Numbered from the whole stretch's first letter, positions 1 to 12,823 are shown. The stretch is DNA of 61,577 bases, filler included, from Sphacelaria rigidula (GCA_964200075.2; 11 parts of 11 records of this genome joined end to end with filler, not necessarily neighbours in it), one strand, 5' to 3'. A program made the numbers and translations. Notes: a model not told the origin generated them from the sequence alone.

Positions 1-187
1 AATAAGAAAGTATACTGTAGTAACAAACAAAAACAAAAAAAAACGTTTCATGAGCTTTCCTCATCTGTTTCATTTTTTTTTTTTTCTCAATTGGAAACGG
101 CAGTTTCCGGCCCTTCTTTTTTTTTTACAGCATTTTTCTCCCCGGGGAGGAATGTCACCAAACCCCCCATTCCCTGAGAAACGATTA

Positions 188-286
188 CACACCTTGGATA
201 AAGGTAATATATAATCAATAGTTGCAATAGACGAGAATTGTACTGCGTAAGTGATAGGTCTATTGCAATTATTGTCGGACCGACAA
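188..286. mobile_element. Half copy of the ~170-bp hAT-like palindromic MITE (full copies 1645-1815, 32531-32700)
   Basis: Begins CACACCTTGGA and aligns by eye with the left arm of the full copies (TAGTTGCAATAGACGAG...GTACTGC.TAAG...CTATTGCAA.TATTG.CGG). Confidence 0.6.
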
Positions 287-835
287 AGAGTCAGCCTCCT
301 AGGGGGGGGGGGAATTGATTGCACGAAAGCAGAGGCTCATAAATGTGTCAGACGGCCTGCCACACTCGCGGTGCGCTTGTATTTCGTTCAAAACTGTGTC
401 AATCAGTATGGGCAAACGTTATTCATCCATAACAAGCTCGTTCGAGCAACCGTTGCTGCTTTCGACGACGATTTGACTTGGAATTTCGTGCAAGAAGTGG
501 CCCGAACTACCCCCGCCCCCCTTATCCATCTGTACTGTACATAGGACCCTAAAGAAGAATATAATAATGTATTGTACAGTGCAGATGGACATGCCCCTAT
601 TTACATGTATGTACGGTACGGATGACCCTAAAGAAGGAGAAGAATATCCATCTGTACTGTACATGGATGTAAATATGTATCCGTACTGTACACACGCATG
701 AAAAATAGTCAGATGAAACAGGCAACGCGCCACAGTAGAGGAACCCGAAAACGACTGCATTACAGTAGTATCAACACAAAAAGGAGTGTTACCGCCATAT
801 CATTACACACGATTTTCGAAATCCTTGCCTAGTAA

Positions 836-1313
836 GGCCGCTTCTTACAGACTGAAAAAAAATCTGTCCGAGAACTGCTCTCTTGAACCTTTCACCTCGG
901 ATTATTGGCGGAATACGGGCCTTGGCGGACTTGGCCACCTCGGAAAGATTTGCTCTATTCTTCACGAGGATTCCAGCGCGCTTGCCCGATCTCTCGTATT
1001 CCCAGTTTTACTCTTGGCCGGATTCTGGACTTTTTCAGTCGCCGCGAAAATCGTCCAGTTGTCGGGAAAAAAAGTACTTTTTCCCGACAACTCGAAGTTT
1101 TTTCAGGTGACTGAAAAAATCCAAAACCCGGCCGAGAGTAAAACTGAGAGTACGAAATATCGGACAAGCGTGCTGGAATCCTCGGGAAAAATAGAGCAAA
1201 TCTTTCCGAGGGGGCCAAATCCGCCAAGGCCCGTATTCCGTCAATAATCCGCGATAAAAGGTTCAGAAGGGCAGTTCTCAGACAGATTTTTTTTCAGTCT
1301 GTACGAAGCGGCC
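836..1313. mobile_element. Fully palindromic PIF/Harbinger (Tourist-like) MITE, 478 bp
   Basis: GGCCGCTTC...GAAGCGGCC termini with TAA directly repeated at 833-835 and 1314-1316; the two ~240-bp halves are reverse complements around GTAC at 1074-1077. Confidence 0.85.
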
Positions 1314-1644
1314 TAATTTTTACAAAAATGCATGGACCTGGAAATATTCGGGAAACACACACACACATACACGAACACATGCACACTCGTAGTCCGTCAC
1401 CTCTTGCAGAGCTCGGAGAGAGGAATCCAAGGCCCTTCCGCGCCTGGTAATGTCGCCTCCTTGCCGTTGTAAACCGTCCTCACAACGGTTGCCCCCCTCT
1501 GGTCTTGCGCTACGTCAAGGCTGATATAGCTTTAGTCGTCGTGTGAGGCAAAAAAAAAAAAGACGAAAAACAAAAAACGAAGAACAGGACGTGAGTCATG
1601 CTACAGTAGGATAGAAGTTGTACATACTTGGTCCTGGATCTTTC

Positions 1645-1815
1645 CACACTTTGAACAATATACGGCCATTAGATGCATCAGACGAGAAGTGTACTGCATA
1701 AAGTGTAGGCCTATTGCAACTATTGCCGGCCGACAATATTTGCAATAGGCCTACACTTTATGTAGTACGTTTTTTTGTCTATTGCAACTATTGACTATAT
1801 ATTGTCCAGGGTGTG
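1645..1815. mobile_element. hAT-like palindromic MITE, 171 bp, 8-bp TSD
   Basis: CACAC...GTGTG termini; identical GATCTTTC at 1637-1644 and 1816-1823; arms are imperfect reverse complements. Confidence 0.8.
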
Positions 1816-2027
1816 GATCTTTCTCGATCTAGGGCTCCTCAAAAAAAAGGGGGAGTACACAAGGATATATATATATATATATGAGTGAGGGCATTCCTGT
1901 TTTGCAAATTCATGCGGGATTTCCCCTCGAGCAGCCCCTTGGAGTGCCAATCGCGGTGTACTCCCACATATATTTCGAAAAGTCCCTCTTTAGAGCTCGG
2001 AAATGGTTTGTCTAAAAATCATTATAA

Positions 2028-2189
2028 CCCTTTCGGGACCGGATTCCCGGAAACATGCGGTTTGCACGCAGGGGCTTTTTTCCGAATCAGCATCATTTTG
2101 AGTCGTTTCTATGTAAAAATGATGTCGATTCACGGAAACGCCCCTGCGTGCAAACCGCATGTTTCTGGGAGTCCGGTCCCCCCGAGAGG
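2028..2189. mobile_element. piggyBac-like palindromic MITE
   Basis: ATAA|CCCTTTCGGGACCGGA...TCCGGTCCCCCCGAGAGG|TTAA; arms pair (GAAACATGCGGTTTGCACGCAGGGGC / GCCCCTGCGTGCAAACCGCATGTTTC). Confidence 0.6.
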
Positions 2190-2839
2190 TTAACCAGTTG
2201 AATGGTTACGCGTAGCGCACTCATTAACCAGTTAAATGGTACATCATGGTTTGGTCATCGAGCGGCGCAGCCGTGAGCCAAAAAGCCCCACCCCCCCGGC
2301 AGACGGGGTCCTGCCGAAGGCGCCCCCGGAGGGCCCCGCTGAAGACCTCGTGCCGGAGGCACGTTTATACGTGATTTGACTTCAGTAGAGCTAAAAAATG
2401 CGTGTGCTGTGTGGAGCATACGTGGTCGGTAATGGCTTATAAAGCCGGTAACGGTACATACTGGTTGGAAACCATTATCAAAAAATTTCAGATAACCATT
2501 CGTTACCATTATTGCCATTATAATGATGATGGCCGGTTATAACTAACTGGTACCATTTCTGACCTCCACGTTTTTTGGATGAGTGAGATAGAGGGGGGGC
2601 TCCCAACAACCCGAACCTCGGGAAATATATTTGAGCATCCCTACCGTAGCGCCCCTCATATTATTTCACACTAAGAGCGCTACACAGGGGGCGCCTTGCA
2701 GCAGAATAGCGCCGAGACGGGGTCGAGGTTCAATTTCCTAGTTTCAGGGTGGGTTGCTAGCTGCACGTAATTTTCTGGAATAATACATGTATTACTTTTC
2801 TTGTGTGTGTGTGTGTGTGTGTGTTTACCCCGTTGAAGT

Positions 2840-3070
2840 CGGGAAGTGATGCTACGTACCTCTGATGTTTTTGTTGGCGTCTCTCATCTTATTTTCATTT
2901 TGGTAATATTTTAGTTGATTACGTCCGTTGTTGTAGTTAAGCTAGAGTCTCAGAGAACAAACAGGAGGAGTCGAATGTCTCGTAAGGAATAGCAGAGCTT
3001 ACGTCTATGATCACGAGTTCGAGAGATCGGACTACTATGCGGAAATAAAACATTAATGATAATAATGATC
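2840..3070 (+). mobile_element. 3' end of a non-LTR retroelement (LINE/SINE) with AAT-repeat tail
   Basis: Homologous to 8550-8775 and 5609-5677; all end GAGATCGGACTA.T.TGC.GAAATAA followed by (AAT)n-like repeats. Confidence 0.55.
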
Positions 3071-3452
3071 ATAACGATATAATAATAGTGACAACAGTGA
3101 AAAATAATAAAATAATAATAAAAATAATAATGTGACTCGGAAATGATAGCTGAGCCCCAATCTGCTCTCACGTTTTTTTCTGCTGGTTTGGATATAAAGA
3201 AGTGGTGCATGCATGTGATTTTGTTCTCCGCAAGCAAAATATGTGTTTTTCCACACCTGGAGCCATATTTATTGTAGAGACCAGACATTTTGTACTTTTC
3301 TTTTGTCATATAGTTTTTTTTCTTTTTTCTTTTTTCTTTTTTTCTTTTTTCTTCTTTTCCTTTTTCAGTCTACTCTGTGGCGTGTCGTCTACCTTTCCCG
3401 GTTTTGTTTTTTATTTTTCTTCAGAAGATGTTTCCGTTTTGTTTAGCTTGGG

Positions 3453-3488
3453 TTAGGGTTAGGGTTAGGGTTAGGGTTAGGGTTAGGG
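3453..3488 (+). repeat. Interstitial telomeric repeat (TTAGGG)6
   Basis: Six perfect TTAGGG units, about 2 kb from the contig end. Confidence 0.9.
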
Positions 3489-3944
3489 TACAGATTACGC
3501 ACGTACATGTTGCAGAGAATGACCGCGGCTGGATGCCTCGGTGATCGGTCAAGGTGCGACAATCGACCAATCAACAGGTACTCCTAGTCGTTCTCTGGGC
3601 CTGATTGACCGATTGATTGTCGCACTTTAACTGACCCCCCAGGATTCCAGACATGGTCACATAATAGACATACCCGAGACAAAACAAAACAACAGAGTCG
3701 GCTTAGAAAAAGAAAAGGAAAGAAATACAGGTATATATATATATATATATGTGTGTTAACAACATATAATACTACATGCGGAGGTGGCACCACCACTCAA
3801 CAACCACTCGTTTTTGTTTTTGCAAGTGATATTTTTTGCATGAGACTCACGGCTTGGGCACAAATATTTTCTGAGGTTCCAACTGCTGTTGGGATTCCTT
3901 TACGAGCTGGTTCAGATTGAACGCCCGAAATTCATTCCCCGGGA

Positions 3945-4221
3945 TTTCCTTACGCCGTTTTTTCGAGTTAGATCACCAAAATTTGCACACATGTTCTTGA
4001 GGGCACTATCTACAACTCGAAGACCGTTTTTTTTTTTTCTTCTGTTGGTGTCGAGATAGTCGGGATCTGACCCCTCCCCCGGTCAAGTAGGTCAACCGCG
4101 ACCTTGGATAAAAAGCCAACAACAAAATAGATGAAAAAAACGGCCTTAGAGTTTTAGATAGTGCCCTCAAGAACATGTGTGCAAATTTTCGCGGTCTAAC
4201 TCGAAAAAACGACGTGAGAAA
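3945..4221. repeat. Inverted repeat (~85-bp arms) within a modular dispersed repeat
   Basis: AAAATTTGCACACATGTTCTTGAGGGCACTATCTA / TAGATAGTGCCCTCAAGAACATGTGTGCAAATTTT. Confidence 0.75.
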
Positions 4222-4429
4222 GTGCCAAAATGTGCGCTGAAGTCTGCGTGCCCCCCCAATTACTTGATTGAAGTATAGAGTCGCCCTCTTTGAGGGTTGT
4301 TTTTACGGTAAAAGACCCAGCCGATTCAGTTTTTCGAGTTGAGCAACGAGAATCGATACGTATGTTCCTTGGGATACCACTAACCCTAAGGTGTCAAAAT
4401 TTTGGTGATGAGGCATTCTGTACCGGTTT

Positions 4430-4968
4430 CCGGGGGGTCTTTATGCTGGGACCCCCGGAAGTCGGTAGAGAACGGAGAAACTTTGAAATCTTGCCAAGAA
4501 TGCCATTTCTCCATTCGGAGCATCAATACCTACGGAACTGCCAAGTTTGAGGATAATCTGAGCTTTCCTCCAACAGATAAAAGGGAAATCGTCACGAGGA
4601 TCCGTGGGTCTTTCGTACGTATCATGAGTCGAAATTAGACGACGCCAAAGCTCCACATCACCGAAACATTACGGTTTCGGGCAAAATTCGACCCCGATGG
4701 AAACGTTTTCAACTCTGTTTCTCCCGTTAGATTCCCAAGCTGATGACGGTCACTACGATTTGAATCATGTGGAGGTTCGGTGGAAATTGGGCTTGGAATC
4801 CGTGTTTTCAATTTCGGAACAATTTGAAGGGCGCTGATGGGTCGAGACATACTTTTGTCCATAGCGTCACCGCTATAGCCTTGAACAAAAATATGGCTAT
4901 GTCGCCATTTTGATCTGTTCATTACGGTCAGTATGATACCACATTTGTGCATATTGGCTGGGTATTGC
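4430..4968 (+). repeat. Unclassified dispersed non-coding repeat, copy A
   Basis: Colinear with 7432-7970 (same strand) and ~12840-13290 (reverse), e.g. GGAACTGCCAAGTTTGA, AAATTAGACGACGCCAAA, GGTCAGTATGATACCA. Confidence 0.8.
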
Positions 4969-5508
4969 GTTCGTCATCAGCCGGGGAGTAAATTTTGGGT
5001 ATTCAATCTGAGCTAGTTTGTATCCCATTAAAAAAAAAAAAAACAGGGCCCTACTCGTACACGTCACGCGTTCAAGATGAACGTTTCACGTCAGAAGTTA
5101 AGCCAGGCTAGTAATATAATACGGTGGGGGACCAGATGGGGAGCCTTCATTTGACTTGACTTTTGAACAGAGCTCTCCACGTGGTCCCCGTGCCCTACCG
5201 TAGTAACCCGGCTTGACCCTTCTGGAACTCGCGAAAAACAGTACAGACTCCCATATGCGAGCTTTCGTTACCAGAAAAACGTCACACCTCGATTTCGGTG
5301 CACAAATCGGTCACATTAGTATACCGTAATTGTGCGAGTCATCGAACACCCCCGGGACCGAATTTAAAAAGGTCGATTACTCCATGACGAAGAGGGTACC
5401 GATACCAAACGACGCGTTTTCGGACAGCTATCGACGAGATCTTTCCAGCGTCACCCTTTTCAGAACTCATGCTCTTCTTTTTGTGGAGTAATCTTGCTTT
5501 GAAATTCG

Positions 5509-5608
5509 NNNNNNNNNNNNNNNNNNNNNNNNNNNNNNNNNNNNNNNNNNNNTTAATTAATTAANNNNNNNNNNNNNNNNNNNNNNNNNNNNNNNNNNNN
5601 NNNNNNNN
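5509..5608. other. Artificial contig spacer N44-TTAATTAATTAA-N44; also at 11117-11216, 16724-16823, 22331-22430, 27938-28037, 33545-33644, 39152-39251, 44759-44858, 50366-50465, 55972-56071
   Basis: Identical 100-bp structure ten times; the 12-mer puts stop codons in all six frames. Confidence 0.97.
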
Positions 5609-5677
5609 AGCCTACGTCTGTGACCATGGGTTCGCGAGATCGGACTAATGTGCGGAAATAATAATAATAATAATAAA
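5609..5677 (+). mobile_element. 3' end of AAT-tailed non-LTR element (cut by contig edge)
   Basis: GAGATCGGACTAATGTGCGGA followed by an (AAT)n tail; matches the ends of 2840-3070 and 8550-8775. Confidence 0.55.
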
Positions 5678-7431
5678 GTGGCATTTATTTTTTGTCCTTT
5701 TACGTGGGTTAGGGTGTGGGTGTGCAGGCTGTGGCCTTCAAACTCAATGACTGATGAAAAGCTTCATTTTTCAATGAAAAATAATCATTAAAACTTCGAA
5801 TGACCAACTCGTCGTCTTGTCCTCAGACTGGAAGGCGCGCCTCGTGAGGGGATATTGCCACAGCACCACAACCAGGGCGGGAATCAGGCGCATGAAGCGC
5901 GCCTAATTTGCGCTGAAAAAGCTTAGAGTGGGAATTAAAAAAATAATGCAAAGCTTATTAAAAGAGCATGAGGAGCTGAATTTCAAGAAAAAACGGCACA
6001 CGGAACTAAAGCCTAGACAAAAATAATCTGCGATCGAAAACATGCGATAGAGAGGCACGGAGCGGCACTTGATTCCTACCTTACAGACCACCACGCCAGA
6101 TAACACTCGTTCCGAGATCGTGACTCCCCCCACTTTTTTTAGGTGACGTACTCGCATTGAGGTACAATGCCAGAGTACGAGGCGTTTGATATTTCCCCCC
6201 CTGTTTTTTGATAACTTAAGCGTTTGTTATTGAAAATGCAAGTTTGGCCAAAAACGAAACTGCGACCTACGGGAAACATAAAGATGCTCTGGAACCTACT
6301 CAGCGAGTAAAGCAAGTCATTCCGAGGTGTCAACATCCGCCTAGCGCTCTTTTCGGAGAAAAACGACGGAGAAGGGCCAAAAATGTACTTTTCGACGAGT
6401 TTGATTTTTCAATAGATGAGAAGTAGCTCAAGACCGACTCTGATGGGAGCCGTTCAAAATTCCTGTTCAAAACTGTCTTTTCGACCGTTCTTCACCATTT
6501 TCCGCCTGAAAAGAGGGCTAGGCAGATACAGGCTGGTTCACGGAAAAAAATTAAAAAACACTCGTTGGCAAAACTTCACGCCGTTTCAAGAAGTTAGGCC
6601 CTAAATTTTGCACAAGTGTTGTATGGGTCATTACGCAACTTTCCAAGATAGACTTTTTTTTTACTGATCACCTTTTTGAGGAGGGAAAGTTCGATCCAGT
6701 CGGACCCCCGGAAGACGGTCAAAAATCGAAATACCTCGTTTATCCAAAGTTGCGTAATTACCCATAGAACACCTGTGCAAAATTCTAGGGTCCATCTCTT
6801 AGAAACGGCGTGAAGTTTTTCGCGTTTATGCGATGAACCTTGCCGTGCCACGGTGTAACCGCACTCTGCTGGATTTTAGTATGAAAATAGCGTTTTTTGG
6901 GCCTTCTTTGACGTTCACATGAACATTCAACCATCAATTTATCGGGTTTCGCGACGAAACTTTGTGGGGCTCATTCTTAGCTTCCGCGGCAGGGCGTCTG
7001 CGAAAGAAATGACAAAAATGTCGTGGTGTCGGTTTCCCGGGGTCCCAGAATGGACGACCATGAAAAAACGACTAGGATCCCGTCGGACCCCCGAAAAACG
7101 GCAAACAATCAAGGAAGTAGAAAAACCTCGTTGACAGAAATTTGCGTAATGACTCATAGCACATTCGTGCAAAGTTTCAGGGTTCACCTCCTCCTGGTGA
7201 GTGCGTGAAGATTTGCGCGTTTGTGCGAGGATGTCAGCTTAAAACGTGCAAACTCTCAACGTCTTGGTTTTAGAATGAAAGCGTCTTTTTGGGTGAATTT
7301 TACGTCAAGGCAAGGAATACTGTACGGTATGAGATTTTTGAGTTTCATCAACCAAACTTTGCACACGTGTTCCTTGGACTATCCCAGGACGCATCATGCT
7401 AATTTTTTTTTGGAGTCATTCTTTACCGCCT

Positions 7432-7970
7432 TCTGGGGGTCTTTGTACTGGGACCACGCAAGCCGGTAGAGAGCGGAGAAAATTTGAAAAGTTGCCAACA
7501 CATTTTGATTACATTTGCAGCATAAATAACTGCGGAACTGCCAAGTTTGACGACGATGTGTGAGCTTTTTTACGACAAATGTAAGGGAAATCGTCACGAG
7601 GCTCCCTGGGTGTTTCGTACGTATCATGAGTGGAAATTAGACGACGCCAAAACTCCACGTCACCGGAACATTACGGTTTCGAGTATAATTTGATCCCGTT
7701 GGAACCGTTTTCAAATCTGCTTCTCCCGTAATATTCCTGAGGTGATGACAGTCACTACGATTTGAGGCATGAGGGGATTCGGTGGAAATTGGGCTTGGAA
7801 TTCGTGTTTTCAATGTCAAAACAGCTGTGAAGGCGCTGATTGGTCGAGACACATTCTTGTCCATAGCGCCACCGCTGTTGCCTCAAACAAAAATCCGGCT
7901 ATGTCACTCTCTTCGTCTGTTCATTGCGGTCAGTATGATACCATGTATGTGACTATTGGGTGCGTCTTGC
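7432..7970 (+). repeat. Unclassified dispersed non-coding repeat, copy B
   Basis: Colinear with 4430-4968. Confidence 0.8.
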
Positions 7971-8019
7971 GGAAGGCATTTGCTGATGACAGAATTTTGG
8001 GTCTCTCGCGTGAACAATC

Positions 8020-8378
8020 CTGTCATTGACGATTTACGCCCGAAAAGAGGGCTTGGCGGATGTTGACGCCTTGGGATGACCTGCTCTTCTCGTTGAGACC
8101 GTTCCAGGGCAACTTTGCATATTCCGCTGGCTGCACTATTATTTTTGGCCAGACACGAGTTAAGAAAAAAAAAGCCAAGCGATAAGAAGACGGGGAAATT
8201 TTCATCACCTGACCGTTTTTTACTGAAAATCCGAGTTGGACCTGTTTTGGTCGGAAACAAAACTGCGGGCAGCGGGAAAAGCAAAGTTACCCCGGAACGA
8301 TCTCAACGAGTAGAGCAAGTCATCCCAAGGCGTCAACAACCGCCAAGCCCTCTTTTCGGGCGTAAATCATCGGAGACG
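8020..8378. repeat. Inverted repeat (~85-bp arms); third arm copy at ~6293-6370
   Basis: GATTTACGCCCGAAAAGAGGGCTTGGCGG / CCGCCAAGCCCTCTTTTCGGGCGTAAATC; near-identical peptides (ERSQR.EQVIPRRQ) appear on both strands in the ORF track as a result. Confidence 0.75.
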
Positions 8379-8549
8379 GGACAATTTTCGACAGGGTTTT
8401 TGAACGGTCGCCTTTAGAGTTGGCGGGAAAGCATGTCTTACACATTTATTTTTCGATCGAAAATGTGCGGTGTGGAAAACCAAAATACCGATATGATATT
8501 GTGCTTTTTTAAGCATATCTGAAGTTTTTCTCTTCTTCACCCCGCTGGA

Positions 8550-8775
8550 CTCGGGGAAGCTACTTCTCATGTTTTTTTTGGCGTCCCTTTTTTTGTCTTC
8601 ATTTTGGTAATATTTTAGTTGACTGGGTTTGTTCTTGTAATTAGACTGGACTTGAAAAAAAATGATGGAGGACTCCATATCTAGTGAGGAATAGCAAGGA
8701 CGATACTGGAAAGACGAGCCTACGTATGTGAATACGGGTTTGAGAGATCGGACTAATGTGCAGAAATAATAACGA
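8550..8775 (+). mobile_element. 3' end of AAT-tailed non-LTR element
   Basis: Homologous to 2840-3070 (TTCATTTTGGTAATATTTTAGTTGA; GAGAGATCGGACTA). Confidence 0.55.
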
Positions 8776-9324
8776 TGATCAGGTCATGATTTCAACCATC
8801 TTCAAAATAAACTCCGATTGTTGAAATCATGACCCATCAGATTGGAATTTTCCGTCCCCCCCGCACATTTTCGTTCGAAAATTTATATGCTAATACACGC
8901 CCTCAAAACGCCTAAGCGAACATTTTCAAGCTGGTGTGTGCAAAACATGACATAACTCGTGTGCGAACATGCAATGGTCGTACGGGAAACACTGTGTGGT
9001 GCGCAGGCTGGGAGTGGGGGCGCGGGGGCGAAGCAATGCATTCTCTTCTTGTCCAAACAGCAGAGCACTGTCGACGAGTATGGAACAACCGGTAGTGGTG
9101 CAGTGTAGTGTAGTAAGGTGTAGTGAGGTCAGTATACAACTTGGTGGGGGTGGGAAATTGCTCGGAAATTCTATTATTTCGAATAACACTAACCCCAACC
9201 CCAACCAAAACGACGTCATACCGGGAACCCTCGGTTGAGGGGGGTGCGAAGTGTTCCACAAATCGGTGCCCCAGCTGCCAATATAGACAACAACGCGTTC
9301 TGCGCTGGCCAGGAGCACAGCACC

Positions 9325-9533
9325 CCCATTGACCGTTAGACAGCGACAGTAGGCCATCCGTTGAATCGGCATAAATTTCACTTGGAAAGGGTATGAGTGC
9401 ACGATCCGCATGGATGGACTACTCTCGCAACCGCTTGGACCGCGGTGCGGGTAGTCCATCTGGATCATGCATACTTTTTTCAAATGAATATTGATGCTGA
9501 TTCAGCAGGTGACCTACCCTCGCGGTCAAAGGG
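9325..9533. mobile_element. Decayed piggyBac-like palindromic MITE
   Basis: CCCATTGACCG...CGGTCAAAGGG|TTAA; imperfect hairpin; right arm homologous to ~32975-33062. Confidence 0.5.
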
Positions 9534-11386
9534 TTAACACTTCGCAGTGTTGCGTCATAGGGAAAAAAACGAAGGAATATATGCGGATTTTCGCGTGCAA
9601 GATTCATCGTATAAAATATTAGCTCAGAGCATCCCCAAACCAGGTACTCGTATAATCCACACGAGCCAGGAGCTCCTTGGGAAGGACCTACGGCCCAACA
9701 CGCGGCATATCTGAAAGGCCATGTTCAAAACTTGATCATCGGCGCAAGTTGCAGGCTGAAAACGTGATCATGTCCCGCGTTCGGTGGTGTGCATGGTGTT
9801 GCTCGGTACGGGTGCCTTCCGGGCCCAATGGTACGCCGACAGTTGGTGGCCACAGTTCGAGTTCTCGCCCGTCACCTAGGGTGTTATATATGGCGTGTGC
9901 AATCCATCTGAAAAAGAAGAATTTCAGTTGCTTTCAGCACAAATGAGAACGGCATGATCGTTTGCATGAATGCCTGGCGGCGCAGCTGGTGGCTTTTGAA
10001 TTTGAAAACTCTGTCTCGACCATCATGAAGTGCAGTATAACTGCTGATGCAATGTGCTGACAGTACCGTAATACCGCGTAACCGCATCTGACATGCGGCG
10101 TAACAAGGGTGTAACCGAATCTCGTGTTTACTTGGATACTTTCCTATACTGTACGGTGAACTACCAATTTTCAGAGCAACTTTAGTTGTGGATTTCTCGC
10201 CCGCGACTTCGCCTTCCCTCATGAAACGTTGCGCACGAGTCGGACACAACACAGGCAACATCTGCGCCTAGCGCCCGCACGATTGAGCCCCGCACTGATC
10301 ATCAATATGTTCACAAGCGATCTCGGCGAATGCCGTCGATGCGCCCTAAAAGCGGCGATCCCGCAGTCCAGACCTTGCGTACTGGAGATGGATGCATATA
10401 TCTACCGCACGTCCATCAACTTCGACATGTTGAGCGGCTGGGCGGCCGATATTGTAGCAAAATAACACCGGTCTGTACTGCGGCACTTTCTGGATCATGA
10501 CCATCGGTAGTGTACCGATCGGCATTTGTCTGCAGAGGTGCGCAGTTCATGACCAGTCTTGCGCCAAAAAATCGGAACAGAATCCGACATATTTTGGCCT
10601 TAATACGCACGCACACACCGCGCAGCCCCAGATGCAGCAAGATGGGGATGTTGTCTGTAGTCTACACGACATGTGGTCGAAGTTTCAGCACGTAAAAACA
10701 CTAACAGCGCTTGCACGGCCGCGTCTCGTGAAGTGAGCACCCCTACAGGCGATACCAAGATGGGTACCGCGTACAATAACATAATCCAGAGTGTGCGCAA
10801 TACGGATCGATGTGTTCGTTTGCCAGGGCAGGAGCCACCCAGCAGGAAGTGAGCGTATCTGCGTGTCAACATATGCATCCACTGACGTCTCACGCAGTCT
10901 GGGCCGAACGGACTGCGTTTTGACGGCGTATCGATGGCATTGCCCAAAAGCCGTATTTTGCTTCGTGATACTAGCGCACCATGTAAAACATGCCGCCGCT
11001 CCGGGAATATGCTGCCTGTGTTATGGTCTACCTCCGTGCCAAGTTTCAGGCTGGTTAGACCCACTTTTATGGCAAACGAATCCCGATTTTTTTGGACCCT
11101 AATTTTGAAAAAATCGNNNNNNNNNNNNNNNNNNNNNNNNNNNNNNNNNNNNNNNNNNNNTTAATTAATTAANNNNNNNNNNNNNNNNNNNNNNNNNNNN
11201 NNNNNNNNNNNNNNNNCTTGAAGCGAATGATCAAAGCCACTCTCAATCGTATCATCTACTCTCAATCTCACGAAAACACTGTTCCCACTAAATACACAGT
11301 GTGCAAAACGGATCCGATAAAAACACATCATGTATCGTCGTGGCCTCCAGGAGCAAGCGAATAATGTGGTATGACCAGATTATCTC

Positions 11387-12823
11387 CAGGGATGTGTACT
11401 GAGGACTATCCGCTCGGCGATGAGGATTTTTTTCAAAACCTTACGGAGCGGAGCGGAATGGATATCCAAATGTGCCAAAAGTTATGGATTAGGATAGAGC
11501 GGATATCCGCCCTTGATTGTGTCACGGAGCGGATATCCGCTGGTGGCAAAAATCACGGATGGTCACGGAGCGGACTTCCGCCCGCTACAGTAGTTGCACG
11601 GGTTATTGCGGAGCGAATGTCCGTCGCACGGATTTTTTCATGAAGCGGTTTACCTCACTCCGTGTAATAAACCGCACAAACCGCGGCATTTCCTCGCGGT
11701 GCACCGTAGCAACAATCCGTTCAAACTATACGGTTATCCACGAAAATTGTACGTATATCCGCAGATAGATACCAAGAAGTACGAAAGAAGGCGTTGTGCT
11801 GGGACTTTCAGGTGCTGGACAGGGGGGGCGGTGGATAAGATGGTGCATATATAACATCGCTTCCCTTGATGAAAAATCACGTCCCTCGAGAAAAAATAAA
11901 GACAAAATCAAACAAGAATGTCGAATGTTGAATTTTCGAATATCACCCCCTCTACAGCACATAGTCACGGGGGGCGGGGCAGCAGACGCGCAACAGCAGC
12001 AGCGCCTGACCCAGGACTAAGGCTCTCAACTATAACATTCTTTGCGACAACAACCAAACAGTGAAAAACAACACCTGTTCATATTATGTACCATGGTAGC
12101 GTACTCATGCTATTCTTTACCCGGGACGGGGGCTTTGTAAGGCTAACACGAAAGCACTCTCACCCCTGGCTCCCATGGTTACGCCACGTCAACTTTTTCC
12201 TTGTTCCATCACTTTTCAAACCTGAAAACTGAGAGCGTTACGCCCGGTTGCCCACAACACACGATCCTCGTTGCGGTTGTTAGTCAGCGAGCTCCATCAC
12301 TACTTCCTTTCCGGTTTGCATGACTCAGAGCAGAATTTTAGAACCGTATCGGCGAATTGCTTATCCAGAGCAATATTTTTTAATACTTTGAAGTAAAAGT
12401 TATTCGGCATTTGGAACAGTCTGGTCCGTGGGAATCCGTGTCCTTTCACCGGTTCGATGCCTAAGGTATGCCACGAAGAACGCACGGATGAACTACGGAG
12501 TGGGTAGAACCACTCCGTAGAAAAATCGCTTTCCACGGTTCCAACCGCGCAGCTGTAATTCATACGGAGCGGAGCGGTTATTTCAATATTGTCACGGAGT
12601 GGATATCCGCACATCGGAAAACTCACGGATTGTTGCGGAGCGAATATCCACACTTTATTATGTCACGGAGCAAGGCGGGTTTTTGTGCTGTGTTACGGAG
12701 CGGAACGGATTCCGCTTGCGAGAGAAACCACGGATTGTTACGGAGCGGATCTGCGCCCCCTAAAAAAGTCGCGGAGCCGTGCGGTTTGACAAACCCCACC
12801 GTAATAATCCGTACACATCCCTG
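11387..12823. mobile_element. Non-autonomous hAT (Ac/Ds-like) element, 1437 bp
   Basis: Perfect 13-bp TIR CAGGGATGTGTAC / GTACACATCCCTG; flanks ATTATCTC / ATTATTTA (6/8 TSD); clusters of ACGGAGCGGA-type subterminal motifs at both ends. Confidence 0.8.

Noticed and set aside
786..1247. 153-aa ORF and mirrored antisense ORFs
   Set aside because: By-products of the palindromic MITE; no protein motif.
5553..5564. Recurrent TTAATTAATTAA motif at ~5.6-kb periodicity
   Set aside because: Assembly linker inside N runs, not biological.
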